A stretch of 39,101 nt of DNA, taken from positions 1-39,101 of the IMG/VR virus record IMGVR_UViG_3300049917_000102; one strand, written 5' to 3'. The DNA is from a virus. Its lineage: Duplodnaviria; Caudoviricetes. A program made the translations under genes and the position numbers. The notes under the pieces are model-generated. The model was not told the DNA's origin, searched no databases, and was given only the letters and a program-made list of their open reading frames with translations. Every line of letters starts with the position of its first letter. The stretch's first letter is position 1. Below are positions 17,912-28,163 of the stretch, one piece after another.

Positions 17912-20031
17912 TGAAGATTTTTGAACTTGGTGGAATCGATCAAAAGAGCAATCCACTAACAATACAAGACAATAAGTTAATTGACGCTAGAAACGTGCAG
18001 TTAGACACGAATAGATTTTATATCAAGAGAAAGGGGTATGCTGGAGCAATTGCACTTGATACGGGTGAAGAATTTGCAGACGCAGTATATTTTAAATCTA
18101 AAAATCAAATTGTAGCTTTTGTTACATTTGATGGTGGCGGTGTTTTTGGATACAGTGTAAATGTTTACGATGGTACTACATTTGCATTTATCAGAAGTAT
18201 TTATGGATCAACAACAGGGTTAACTAGACCAGTAATCACAGTTGAAAGTGACGAGTATCTAGATGATCTGTATTACATTATGACTATTGATGGTCTAACT
18301 TCAGTTGTTCTTAAAACTGATGGTTATTACACATACACAGCAGGTCTGCCCACACCAATCGCATCTGGATTTAGCGCTGGAACAACTTATTATTGGCGTG
18401 TATTCTGGAGAACTAGAGATCTAAATGGAAATATTGTATATTCTCCATATGAACAGTTTTCTACTAATACGCTAGTTACTTCATATACAGTTCAGCAATT
18501 AATCACACAGGCTTTTGTCGGCTATGCTCAGTATCTTGATCTACTATCCGGAACTCCGCAAACGATTAACCAATCCAACCCTACCATTACAAATGTTGGG
18601 CATAATCTAAGTGCAGGTCAATTTGTATTTATTAGCTCAGATGATTGTGTTAGTGGTGGAATTGTAATTAATCAGCCTACAAATAGAACATTTATATTAC
18701 TAGAGGTTTTATCTACAACAGGATCTACTGTAACATTTACAAATGCGTCTTTAGATGGTGTAGATATTACTTTTACATATGTAGTTCCATCAGGAAGACA
18801 GCCTTTAGATGGTAGGCAATCATTGGTGACTGCAATTTCTACAAATGCAGATGCTGGGTATGTGATTTATACTCAGACAAACTTTACAGCTAAAAATGGA
18901 ATATCCACTCCAGTGACAGCACAACCTGCATCTTTTACCACTTCTAATGCTTGGAATAGCACGGGAATTTTGCTCGAAGATGTTTATGATACATCTACAT
19001 CAAAACTAAGACCTCCTCTATGCAAATACATTAAGGCATTTGGAGATCAGTTGGTTTATGGTAATATTATTGGTCTGTGGGATCAAAATAACGTTTTTAC
19101 GCAAATTAATAATAATGACATTATTTTCTATTCTGATATTTCAACAGGTGATAGCGGAGAGAATATCAGTGCAGTAAATAGACAAAAAATTGGTGAGTCT
19201 TATGATGGTCAGGTAACTGGCTTAACAAGATCAAGGGATTCACTGATTGTTGGTAAAGATAGATCTTTGTGGTCGCTTGATGGTGTCCTTGTCCCTGGAG
19301 AGTTTGCTCTTAGGAAGATCGAGACTAACTATATTGGATGTCTATCTAATAAGTCATTTTTACAGATTCAATCTGGATTCCTATTCCAAGGAAATGATGG
19401 AATTTATATCAGTAATGGATTTAAGGCTGAAAAGTTTACAGATTCTCTTGATCCATTTTTTAGTGCTATCGATAAGACACTTACAAAATCAGCAATTGAT
19501 GTATCCCAAGATAAATACTTATTTTATGTAACTGATGGTATCAGTAACTACATCGCTGCATATGACTGGCACTGGAATGAATGGTTTATTTGGGATTCTC
19601 TAAACTGTGAGTCTGGATTAATTAATACAAATGAAGACAAGGTTCTATTTTTTAATAATACTGATGGTTATGTGTTTGATGATGCACGAAATGATGATGG
19701 TGTGGCGATTGATGCTTGGTTAAAGACTAAGTTTTTCGATAACGGAGAGCCTGGACTAATTAATAAGTTTACAGAGCTAAGAATTTATAATTTAAATAAT
19801 GTGAATTTTACCTTAGATGTTGAGCAGTTTAAGGATTGGTCTACAGCTGGATCAGGTCAGACTAAGACATTTACATTTTCAGGTAAAAATTCAAGGATGA
19901 ATTGCCTTCCTATTGCAAATAATAACTCAGTATCACTTAAAATGAGCAACAGTGTGTTGGATGAAAACATCTGCATTTCTGGATATGAGTTTGCTGTTAA
20001 GGACTGGGGCGTGGTGGATAAGACACGATGA
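17911..20031 (+). CDS. Tail nozzle / packaged-DNA stabilisation protein (P22 gp10 / T7 gp12-like)
   Basis: N-terminal GGID...P......DARNV....KRKG, beta-propeller-like body, WLKTKFFDNGEP..NKF near the C-terminus; start 17899 or 17911. Confidence 0.75.
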   Translation: MKIFELGGIDQKSNPLTIQDNKLIDARNVQLDTNRFYIKRKGYAGAIALDTGEEFADAVYFKSKNQIVAFVTFDGGGVFGYSVNVYDGTTFAFIRSIYGSTTGLTRPVITVESDEYLDDLYYIMTIDGLTSVVLKTDGYYTYTAGLPTPIASGFSAGTTYYWRVFWRTRDLNGNIVYSPYEQFSTNTLVTSYTVQQLITQAFVGYAQYLDLLSGTPQTINQSNPTITNVGHNLSAGQFVFISSDDCVSGGIVINQPTNRTFILLEVLSTTGSTVTFTNASLDGVDITFTYVVPSGRQPLDGRQSLVTAISTNADAGYVIYTQTNFTAKNGISTPVTAQPASFTTSNAWNSTGILLEDVYDTSTSKLRPPLCKYIKAFGDQLVYGNIIGLWDQNNVFTQINNNDIIFYSDISTGDSGENISAVNRQKIGESYDGQVTGLTRSRDSLIVGKDRSLWSLDGVLVPGEFALRKIETNYIGCLSNKSFLQIQSGFLFQGNDGIYISNGFKAEKFTDSLDPFFSAIDKTLTKSAIDVSQDKYLFYVTDGISNYIAAYDWHWNEWFIWDSLNCESGLINTNEDKVLFFNNTDGYVFDDARNDDGVAIDAWLKTKFFDNGEPGLINKFTELRIYNLNNVNFTLDVEQFKDWSTAGSGQTKTFTFSGKNSRMNCLPIANNNSVSLKMSNSVLDENICISGYEFAVKDWGVVDKTR

Positions 20032-20414
20032 AGCCAATAATTAAAAATAAAATACCATTTTTAGATAGCTTTAACTCACCAGAGGAAGCATTTAATTACA
20101 TGGCAAAGGTAATTAATTCATCTTTTATTGAAGAATCTAATATAGATATTGATTCTGATAGGTTTATGGTTGATGGTGAGCTATTTACAGTAAGCATAAC
20201 GAGTGGTGGAATAGTTGGGTCAACAGTATTAAATCACAATCTAGGATGGATTCCTAGGGCTGCTTTATATGCTGGTGGTTTTTATAATTCTGGTGGTATT
20301 GCTTATTTTTTTGGGTTCGATTGGTCTGGTGCGACTTCAACACAAATTACAATATCTACAGTAATACAGTCACCTGGTGACGTTGTAAATTTTAAGGTTT
20401 TTCTGATAAAATAA
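20028..20414 (+). CDS. Small tail-associated protein
   Basis: HNLGWIP motif and beta-rich C-terminus; ATGA coupling. Confidence 0.55.
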   Translation: MKPIIKNKIPFLDSFNSPEEAFNYMAKVINSSFIEESNIDIDSDRFMVDGELFTVSITSGGIVGSTVLNHNLGWIPRAALYAGGFYNSGGIAYFFGFDWSGATSTQITISTVIQSPGDVVNFKVFLIK

Positions 20415-20430
20415 TTAAAAAGAGGTATAT

Positions 20431-21306
20431 ATGGCAAATAACTTTGGTACAGATAGCGCAAATAGGCAATTCAGTAATTTTATGACTGATTATACTAATC
20501 CAAATTCTGGACAATTATCATATTCATTCAATCAAAGAACAGGTGAAATTGCTCCTGAATCACAAGGTATGATGCAAGGTCTTAATCTATCTAAACTAAT
20601 TACTGGTAGGACTATCGGTGAAATTGGTCAAGAAGCTAAGGACATTGGAGAAAGATATAAAAAAATGGCAAACCAAGCACCTATCTCAGGTGATTTAGCC
20701 ATTAAAGCATCTCAAGATCAAATTGCAAAATCAAACGCAAAAGCTGGATTATCTGGTATCGATATGACAGCACAAAATATTCAGCAAAGACAAAATGCAA
20801 ACTTTCAGGCTGCTGCTGCCAATAGAGGCGAAGAAAAGGCTGCTCTTGACGCATTTGCTAAAAACATTAATGCTGTAGCTGGAACCACAATGAGCCAGAC
20901 TTATGGTCAACAAGCGCTTGCTGTTGGCAAGACTCCTGGAATTATTCCTAATTACTCTAGTGGTGGATTATCGGTAATTTGCTCTGAGCTATATACTCAA
21001 GGCTATATGTCTGAAGAGATTAAAAGAAAAGATGAAATTTATGGTAAATTCATTAGAAAAACAAGACCAGAAATTTATATCGGCTATAGATTTTTAGCTG
21101 ATCCTATCGTAAAATTAATGAAGAAATCTTCTCTGTTCACTAAGTTCATTTCCGTATTCGGTATGGCATGGGCTAGAAACATGGCAGGAGATAAAAACCT
21201 ACTCGGTAAGCTCATTTCAAATATCGGAGAGCCGGTTTGTGGTCTAATAGGAAAGGTAATTACTTATGGAAAACAAATCAGCGCAAATAGTAAAGAAGCA
21301 ATTTAG
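20431..21306 (+). CDS. Putative ejection protein with a distinct C-terminal domain
   Basis: A/Q/N-rich helical N-part, then a SSGG linker and a VICSELY...GY...A.PIV..M domain. Confidence 0.6.
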   Translation: MANNFGTDSANRQFSNFMTDYTNPNSGQLSYSFNQRTGEIAPESQGMMQGLNLSKLITGRTIGEIGQEAKDIGERYKKMANQAPISGDLAIKASQDQIAKSNAKAGLSGIDMTAQNIQQRQNANFQAAAANRGEEKAALDAFAKNINAVAGTTMSQTYGQQALAVGKTPGIIPNYSSGGLSVICSELYTQGYMSEEIKRKDEIYGKFIRKTRPEIYIGYRFLADPIVKLMKKSSLFTKFISVFGMAWARNMAGDKNLLGKLISNIGEPVCGLIGKVITYGKQISANSKEAI

Positions 21307-21553
21307 CGAAGATTTATTAGAAGGTCTTAGAAAGAGAAAGATGCTTGCTAATCTTTTGGGAGTTCCAGAGGCACAGATAATTGCGTCTGAACAGCAACCA
21401 AATAGAGTAGATTCGTTTCAAGAGATCCCTACAGCTCAAGGTATGATGTCTGATGTTGGTCAGGCTGATTATATGAGTGCGCCATCTTTGCCATTAGTTA
21501 GAAAGCCAATGTATGATGTATTAATCAAAGAATTAATGGAAAGGAAGAAATAA
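21266..21553 (+). CDS. Hypothetical protein
   Basis: ORF with AAGGT RBS, coupled to the next gene. Confidence 0.65.
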   Translation: MENKSAQIVKKQFSEDLLEGLRKRKMLANLLGVPEAQIIASEQQPNRVDSFQEIPTAQGMMSDVGQADYMSAPSLPLVRKPMYDVLIKELMERKK

Positions 21554-21726
21554 TGAAAGAATTAGAGGGTATCAGAAAGAAAAAAGCACTCTTATCACTT
21601 CTAGAGGAAAAAGAAGATAAACTAGAAGAAGAAGTTGGTGAAGAAGATGAAATGGAAGAAGAGTGTGATATGTATGTAACTCTTCCAGATGGAACAGAGT
21701 TGCCGGTAGTTAAAAGGAAAAAATAA
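21553..21726 (+). CDS. Small acidic protein (57 aa; absent from ORF track)
   Basis: MKELEGIRKKKALLSLLEEKEDK...VVKRKK; TAATG overlaps at both ends; fills the gap exactly. Confidence 0.75.
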   Translation: MKELEGIRKKKALLSLLEEKEDKLEEEVGEEDEMEEECDMYVTLPDGTELPVVKRKK

Positions 21727-22976
21727 TGAGTATTTTATCTGAACTAGCCAAAAAAAGAAAGCCAGCTCAAGAGGAATTAGCACTAGAGGAGCTTACTATT
21801 GATGGATCAACCCCAGTTGAGTATGTAGAGCCTATTTCTATGCCTGATCTTGAAGTTGATGTTAATCCTAATCTTCCAAAAGACGAAATTGGTCGTGACT
21901 TAAGATCAGCTCTAGTTGATGCATTTGTTGGTGGTGCTCCAGGATTATTAAGCACACTCGGTGGAGATAGTCCATATGTGCAGAATATGCAATATGACAA
22001 AGGTAATCAGTACGCACAAAAAAGATCACAAGACGAGCTTAATGCCAAATTAGTTCAGTTAAAATCTACTGATGGTACTCCTTACTACGAAAAAGCTAGA
22101 TATGCTGTTGGTGAGGAGCCGTATATTGTAGCAAAGGGAAGGCTTGGTCTAGATGGAGATAAGTCTGGAATTAGAAAACAGTTTAGAGACTTAAAAACAG
22201 ATAGAGTGTTTCTTGGTAGATATATCGGAGATAGTCTATACGATATGACCCAGGGAAGAATGCTTGCACCTGAAGAACTTGCAAGTGTAATGCAGTATGA
22301 ACCTCAAAAACTAAAAGAAACTGAAGATATTAAAGGCAATAAGATGATTAATCTTTATGACACCCAAAAGGGAGGAAAAAAGACAATCGATGCCTATCAA
22401 GGTCTTGGTTCTTTTTATGATGTTGGCACAAAGGGTCAGGCTGAGAATATCGAATCAGCTCAAAAGACAGCACAAAAGGACACATACGAAATCGAGAGAT
22501 CGCTTGCAAGACTTGATGAAGTTGAGCAAACACTTTCAAGAACAAAAGATCCTAGAACAATGGCAGCATCTATTTATGCTCTTGCTAGAGATTATGAATC
22601 CAAGGGTATTCTTACTGATCAGGATTATAAGTCAATTCTAGGTATCGACATGGATACATACTTAAATAGATTACAGTATGCAATCGACAATAGATTAACT
22701 GGTCAAATACAGGATTACGCAAAATCATTTGTTAATCTGGCAAGATCAGCAAAGTCTCTTAAGCAGAGAGATCTAGATGCAATTAGAAACACAATACCTA
22801 GAGGTGGTCCTAGAACTCAGGCTCCAAAAGCTGAAGTTGTTGCACCAAAAGGAAAGCCATCTAGAGCAAACCAAGCTAAGTATATTCAACTTGAAAAGGC
22901 TGCCAAGCAGAAGATAAAGGATCCAGCTTTACTTAAGAAGTTCTTAGAACGCAAAAAACAAGAGTTAGGTTTATAA
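21726..22976 (+). CDS. Putative internal virion/ejection protein
   Basis: 416 aa, helical, at the end of the podovirus tail module. Confidence 0.5.
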   Translation: MSILSELAKKRKPAQEELALEELTIDGSTPVEYVEPISMPDLEVDVNPNLPKDEIGRDLRSALVDAFVGGAPGLLSTLGGDSPYVQNMQYDKGNQYAQKRSQDELNAKLVQLKSTDGTPYYEKARYAVGEEPYIVAKGRLGLDGDKSGIRKQFRDLKTDRVFLGRYIGDSLYDMTQGRMLAPEELASVMQYEPQKLKETEDIKGNKMINLYDTQKGGKKTIDAYQGLGSFYDVGTKGQAENIESAQKTAQKDTYEIERSLARLDEVEQTLSRTKDPRTMAASIYALARDYESKGILTDQDYKSILGIDMDTYLNRLQYAIDNRLTGQIQDYAKSFVNLARSAKSLKQRDLDAIRNTIPRGGPRTQAPKAEVVAPKGKPSRANQAKYIQLEKAAKQKIKDPALLKKFLERKKQELGL

Positions 22977-22977
22977 T

Positions 22978-24885
22978 ATGAGCAAAGAAATCGATAAAGA
23001 AATTGAAGACTTTTTAGCTGAAGAAAACTCATCTGTTGATTCAGAGATAAATGACTTCTTAAGAGAAGAGACTCCTACATTTGAACAAAAATACCTAGAA
23101 CCAATTTATAATGTCGCAGGACCAGTTGTTAAAGGTCTATCTGTTCTTGGTAAGCCATTATCAGTAGCGGGAGCAACAGGTAGGTCGATTGGTAAGGCTA
23201 TAGCGGGTCAAGAGGATCCATTATCTCCGCTTATTGCAGAGTATGAAGCAGGAATTTACCCATCATCAGAAGGTAATCCGTTAGCAGGGTTGGAATCAAT
23301 TGAAGGTATGGGTGATCCGCTATTAAACATTCCACAAGGAATTAAGGAGCAGGCACCAAAGCTATCTAGCTTTGCTGAGCAATCATCAACACCAGCTGCA
23401 ATCGCACAGATGGCATTTGATATTGGGACTGAGGTTCCGTTTGTGGCAAGAGCTGCAAACAAGGCTGCCAATCTATCTGAAAAAGCTGCCGATATTTATA
23501 GGAAAGCTACAACAGAGGCATATTTGAATGCTACACAAAAAGACTCATCTCTAGCAGGTGCATTAAAATCATCTGGGAAGTGGAAGGATGTTGTAGATTT
23601 TGCAACGGCAAACAAGAAGAATGTAATAACTCCATTTAATAAAGAAAAAGCAATGGATTTTCTAGAGGGTCCATATTCATTTGAAACTGATGAATATGGT
23701 ATTGGCAGAACATCTAGGGACACATCAAAAGGTTACATCGGGTCACTTTCTGAGAAGGCTAACCAGTTTCTATCTAAAGTTAAAGGTGATAAACTAATTG
23801 ACCCTGTAGACATGAGGGCGAGCGCAAAGGGGTCTCTAGATAGAAGGATGCTACAGAATCAACAATCATCAGCTGAAAAGATTATAAACGAAGCTATACC
23901 TGTTCTTGATTTTAAGCAATCAGAAATTGATAGGCTTGCCGATATTGATAAATTTACAGCTGAAAATAGAATGCTTGGATCTCAGGTAAATTCTAGTTTG
24001 GTTGATGAATATAAGAATATGATCCAAGAAAGAGGAATGCTTCCGGCTGGCTTTGCAACTGAACTTAGACAGCAGGCAAATAAACTTATTGATGGTGCTA
24101 AGTTGAGCGCCGTCAATAATCCAGTTGAGGCTGGATCTATGCACGAAGCCGGAATGGCTTTACATAGAGCGGCATCTAAAGCAGAAATGGAAATATTACC
24201 TCAGTACCTTTCTCCTGATGAAATTAATAGTTTCATGCAACTAAAAAGACAACAGGAGCTTGGCTTATCAACCAAAGATCTATTAGATAAAACTAGACTT
24301 ACAAAAGGTAGTGCTGGGGCTTATGTTCCAGTTGGATCGCTGGATAGAGGTATCCTAAGAGAGGCACTAAGTGCATTTCCTGAGTATGTTGGACCTGTGA
24401 CATCTAGTGCAGTTGATGCTGCTAATAAGTTCCTAGTTAATCCTACAATGAAGGCGGCTCCATACTTAGCACCAATAGGATCTGCGCCACAGACTGAAAA
24501 CAACAGACAACCTCAATCCATCATCACAGCAGACACAGTAGCTCAATACGAAATTCCAAGAGATACTGCTAGAATTATGGGTGAACAAGATATGGTAATG
24601 GCAAAGCTTCAAATGGAAGTTAGGGATCCACAGATCTTAGGTATGGCATCTCAGTTATTCAGTGGATTACAAAGAAATCCAGAATCAGTTAAACCTATGA
24701 TTAGCCAACTCGCTAATATGTTTCCACAGATTTTCGAGAAAGATAAGTATAATAGATTCGATGGAAAAGTTGATCCAGCAATCGTACCTATTGCAATCGA
24801 AGATATTAGAAAATCCCAGATGCCAACTATTGAGAAGGCATCTAAGATTGAAAGTCTTTATAATACTGGACTATTGGTGGATTAA
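22978..24885 (+). CDS. Putative large internal virion/ejection protein
   Basis: 635 aa; N-terminal repeated EID/EIE.FL motif; Ala-rich helical; last late gene. Confidence 0.55.
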   Translation: MSKEIDKEIEDFLAEENSSVDSEINDFLREETPTFEQKYLEPIYNVAGPVVKGLSVLGKPLSVAGATGRSIGKAIAGQEDPLSPLIAEYEAGIYPSSEGNPLAGLESIEGMGDPLLNIPQGIKEQAPKLSSFAEQSSTPAAIAQMAFDIGTEVPFVARAANKAANLSEKAADIYRKATTEAYLNATQKDSSLAGALKSSGKWKDVVDFATANKKNVITPFNKEKAMDFLEGPYSFETDEYGIGRTSRDTSKGYIGSLSEKANQFLSKVKGDKLIDPVDMRASAKGSLDRRMLQNQQSSAEKIINEAIPVLDFKQSEIDRLADIDKFTAENRMLGSQVNSSLVDEYKNMIQERGMLPAGFATELRQQANKLIDGAKLSAVNNPVEAGSMHEAGMALHRAASKAEMEILPQYLSPDEINSFMQLKRQQELGLSTKDLLDKTRLTKGSAGAYVPVGSLDRGILREALSAFPEYVGPVTSSAVDAANKFLVNPTMKAAPYLAPIGSAPQTENNRQPQSIITADTVAQYEIPRDTARIMGEQDMVMAKLQMEVRDPQILGMASQLFSGLQRNPESVKPMISQLANMFPQIFEKDKYNRFDGKVDPAIVPIAIEDIRKSQMPTIEKASKIESLYNTGLLVD

Positions 24886-25604
24886 CAGTAAAGATCCCAT
24901 ATCTCGCCTAAGATAAATCTTAGTGCCTCTGGGTCCTTTGTAGCTTTTTCCTGGATGAAGATATCTCCTTCAGGATTAAAGATTACAAAGGATCTATCAA
25001 GAAAATGCCTTCTTTGCTTCTGATAGTCACCATTAAACTTTTCACGCTGAATATTAGGCATCATACTAGAGAGCTTTTCATATAGCTTAACAGTAGCCTC
25101 AATATCAGGCATTGCTGAGTGGGCTTTAGTTAGTTCAATATCAAATGCCTTACATAAATCACCAAGTGAATTTGACTCTGTTTTCTTATTCTTTTTAAGA
25201 TCAAGAGACTTTGCCATCTCAAGCGTACAGATGTTATCACTTCTAAATCTACTGATGTATTCTCCGTAAAATCCATATCTACAGAAAAGCTTAAATAGGA
25301 ATTTAGAGTCAAACTTAACATTGTGACCAGCTATTCTAAATTTACAGTCAAATGAATCTACAAAGTCTATTAGCTTTTGAATTTGAACAACTGGATCTTC
25401 CCATGTCTTTACCTCAGAAATAGAGAATCCTGTTATCTCAAAAGCCTTTGGGTCCATATGGGCATCAGCGTGTGGTCTCATTTTAAGAAGAATACTGTCT
25501 TTGACTTCTCCGTCCATATAGGCAATAGCAGCTAACTCAAGTACAGCTCCGTGTTCCACAGATAGACTCGAAGTTTCAAGATCCAGAAACAAACAGTTTT
25601 TCAT
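24882..25604 (-). CDS. DEDDh 3'-5' exonuclease (Pol III epsilon-like)
   Basis: DLET, GHN..FD and HSA..D motifs. Confidence 0.9.
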   Translation of the reverse strand: MKNCLFLDLETSSLSVEHGAVLELAAIAYMDGEVKDSILLKMRPHADAHMDPKAFEITGFSISEVKTWEDPVVQIQKLIDFVDSFDCKFRIAGHNVKFDSKFLFKLFCRYGFYGEYISRFRSDNICTLEMAKSLDLKKNKKTESNSLGDLCKAFDIELTKAHSAMPDIEATVKLYEKLSSMMPNIQREKFNGDYQKQRRHFLDRSFVIFNPEGDIFIQEKATKDPEALRFILGEIWDLYC

Positions 25605-26007
25605 AAATTATCCCAGGTTTAACTAGATAGTATTTAGCACCATGTAGCTTGCAAGCTTCTTGAAATGCTTTTTGATGCTTATTCTGTTTAGCATTTCCAG
25701 TCTTAACTTCAATTCCGATAAATGTGCCTTTATCATCAAATCCAATAATATCTGGTGATCCCTTTAATCCGAAGTGGATAATACCACCACTAAATCCGTA
25801 TCCTGCACCAGTATTATTTTTCCACAATATCCACTTTCTGTTCATAGAAAGCCATAATAGCGTAGCCTTAACTACTCTTTCATGTTCCTTAGTCGATCCA
25901 GCATTGTTCTCTGAAGTTACAGAACTTACACTTGAAATGTGCTTTGCTTGGATATTTTCTTGCTGGTCTTTCTTCGAGACCATGGATTTCTTTTCCTCTG
26001 TTGACAT
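25576..26007 (-). CDS. VRR-NUC domain nuclease
   Basis: G.KGSPDIIG....FIGIEVKT....Q...Q..F motif; GGAGG RBS before 26007. Confidence 0.85.
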   Translation of the reverse strand: MSTEEKKSMVSKKDQQENIQAKHISSVSSVTSENNAGSTKEHERVVKATLLWLSMNRKWILWKNNTGAGYGFSGGIIHFGLKGSPDIIGFDDKGTFIGIEVKTGNAKQNKHQKAFQEACKLHGAKYYLVKPGIIYEKLFVSGS

Positions 26008-26572
26008 AATATTCAGCCTCCATAGCTACAAATTTAACTCTCTCAAAATATAGCTCTTGATTGTCTTTATTCATCGCTACAAATAAGCATCTTTCCAGTT
26101 TCATATACTTCATATAAACCTGAACCTGTGCCCAATATTTAGAGCTAAATTCCCTTAATCCTACCTTATTAATAAGAGTAAAGTTTTTATCGTTCATTGA
26201 TTTACATTCAAATAAGTGAGCCTTAGATGATTCAGGTAATCCAGTCAAGACTCCATCAATATGCCCTGCAATTGGCGTATCAATAAATCCAAACTGATTA
26301 CCGTCTTCATCTCTAGTGAATACATTGATTCCAGATTCCTGGAGTAATTGTATTACATAGTCTTCAATTAGATTTCCCATCTGAAATATTCTATTCAGTC
26401 TTGGATCATCTAACATTACAGGCTTATGAATGCTGAACCAAAGAGCTGCATCACACTCTTCACCAAGAATAGAAGCCCCTAGGTAATCCCTAGGAGCTTT
26501 TGAGTTAGCTTTTCTGCGTAAAGCTTCGTCTATTAAATGCGCTGTTGTGTGCATTGATTCAGGTATTTTCAC
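25889..26572 (-). CDS. Cas4-like PD-(D/E)XK exonuclease
   Basis: GAS..G.EC, GHIDG, ECKS, QVQVYM, and C-terminal CKFC.F...C (Fe-S ligands). Confidence 0.85.
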   Translation of the reverse strand: MKIPESMHTTAHLIDEALRRKANSKAPRDYLGASILGEECDAALWFSIHKPVMLDDPRLNRIFQMGNLIEDYVIQLLQESGINVFTRDEDGNQFGFIDTPIAGHIDGVLTGLPESSKAHLFECKSMNDKNFTLINKVGLREFSSKYWAQVQVYMKYMKLERCLFVAMNKDNQELYFERVKFVAMEAEYYVNRGKEIHGLEERPARKYPSKAHFKCKFCNFREQCWID

Positions 26573-27037
26573 TTAAACCTGCCATGGTTTTTTTGCAGTA
26601 GCCTTTGGTGCTTCTTCTTTTACAGGCGCTTCTGATTCAATCTTAGTTAAATACTTAACACGATTGTTTTTATAAACACCATCTTCTTGTACTTCAACTG
26701 TAATCTTAAAAGATCCTTTACCAACGATTTCATCTGTATCAGCAATTTTATTTGGATTCTTATGACCAATATAAGTAGCAATTGTCTTAAGTCTGTCACG
26801 ACCAATTCTTTCAGCTTCCTTATTTGGGTTACTGATGTTGATGATGTCTTTAATCATTGCACCTGCAAGAGTTCCTTCTAATACTTCATAGCCTGTTTCA
26901 AGATAAGCACCTGTTCCGGCTTTATTATCTTTAACTTCCATTTTAGCTACGTTTACAACATATTCACCTGCTGGAACTGTTGTGTAAGTTGATGGTGCTG
27001 ATACTTTGTTTTCTGATAAGTCTAATCCTAATTTCAT
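26573..27037 (-). CDS. ssDNA-binding protein (DUF669-like)
   Basis: VPAGEY.V motif, OB-fold-like body, KPW tail; adjacent to the Sak4-like ATPase. Confidence 0.8.
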   Translation of the reverse strand: MKLGLDLSENKVSAPSTYTTVPAGEYVVNVAKMEVKDNKAGTGAYLETGYEVLEGTLAGAMIKDIINISNPNKEAERIGRDRLKTIATYIGHKNPNKIADTDEIVGKGSFKITVEVQEDGVYKNNRVKYLTKIESEAPVKEEAPKATAKKPWQV

Positions 27038-27045
27038 AATTCCTC

Positions 27046-27741
27046 CTATAAAACCTTATTAATAATTTGAGCCAAATTCGGCTCCTCGTATGAATCTAAT
27101 TTACCTGATCTATCTTTAGCTAATCTTGATACTGATGTGTCAGTAACTAGCTTTCTATGGACCACTCCTTCATCATCAGTAAAAAGCTGATAATGTAGAA
27201 CTAAGTCAAAGTAAGCCTTTAGGTTTTCTTTAACTGATTGCCCTGGCATTGAAAAATCATCTACCATCTCTAATCCGTCTTTTTCTTTTGTAGATAGACA
27301 GCTAAATACTACTGAGTATGGCTTGAAGTCTCTGAAGATCTTAATAATCTTTGTCATTCTGTCTGCATAACTCCCCCATAGCAGAAAACCATTTTTCTTA
27401 TCAGACAACAGTGGGTCTCTTTTTAATTCAGCCAAAATCAACTGAGCAATCTCTGTTAATGAATCAACAAAGATATACTTAAATCTTTCCTTAGCTTCAT
27501 CGGTGCAAAGATATTCAAAAATCTCTTCGATTGATTTCCATGGGTTTTTTGGATCAATCTCATAAACAGGAATATCTGTTCCATTTAAGCAAAGCAATCC
27601 TGATTCTGCTGAAAAGATAAGCATCTCTTCGTGTGGCATTGGAAGTGTTTTCGCCAGTGATGTTTTTCCAACACCAGACTCACCAACAATCAGTGCTACG
27701 AATCTCTCTGATGTTAAATCCTTCGTACTCTTAAATTTCAT
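27046..27741 (-). CDS. Sak4-like AAA (AAA_24) recombination ATPase
   Basis: GESGVGKTSL, IFVDSLTE and AKDRSGKL motifs. Confidence 0.85.
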   Translation of the reverse strand: MKFKSTKDLTSERFVALIVGESGVGKTSLAKTLPMPHEEMLIFSAESGLLCLNGTDIPVYEIDPKNPWKSIEEIFEYLCTDEAKERFKYIFVDSLTEIAQLILAELKRDPLLSDKKNGFLLWGSYADRMTKIIKIFRDFKPYSVVFSCLSTKEKDGLEMVDDFSMPGQSVKENLKAYFDLVLHYQLFTDDEGVVHRKLVTDTSVSRLAKDRSGKLDSYEEPNLAQIINKVL

Positions 27742-28082
27742 TATTCCCCCTTAGTAACTGTAAAAGTAGGCTTTCCAGGTTTATATGTAATCATATCTTC
27801 TAGTACATCTTTCTCAGTAGACTTCTTAAATTGACTCCAGCTTAAATCATATTTAACCTTGAATAAATCCGGTCTAGTCGCAGCTTTCTCTTGGTCAACT
27901 GAGACTGTTACGTTAGGCTTAATAACCAACTTGTATCCGTCATGATTAAAAGTAGCCTGAGAATCTTCCTTTAAGAATTGTTGAAATTCAGTGTATAGTT
28001 GAACCTCAATTTCTTCTCTTTGTTCTTTCATTGCTTTTTCTACGTTTTTAATGTCTAGCCATCTTTGCAGTAAATCTTTCAT
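27741..28082 (-). CDS. Hypothetical recombination-module protein (start moved to 28082)
   Basis: AGGAG RBS before ATG 28082; N-terminal coiled coil, C-terminal KPGKPTFTV. Confidence 0.75.
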   Translation of the reverse strand: MKDLLQRWLDIKNVEKAMKEQREEIEVQLYTEFQQFLKEDSQATFNHDGYKLVIKPNVTVSVDQEKAATRPDLFKVKYDLSWSQFKKSTEKDVLEDMITYKPGKPTFTVTKGE

Positions 28083-28093
28083 TTTTAATCTCC

Positions 28094-28141
28094 TTGTCAA
28101 TTTGACAATCACATGGTATGATTATCTTGTTATGTTGTCAA
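28094..28141 (-). promoter_or_regulatory. Leftward promoter with downstream palindrome
   Basis: Minus strand TTGACA (28141-28136), 17 bp, TACCAT (28118-28113); TTGTCAA-T-TTGACAA palindrome at 28094-28108. Confidence 0.65.
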
Positions 28142-28163
28142 CAACTTTTTTATGGTGCAAGTT

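Noticed and set aside
25889-26572. CRISPR-Cas system implied by the Cas4-like gene
   Set aside because: No array or other cas genes seen; the context is the usual Sak4/SSB recombination module.
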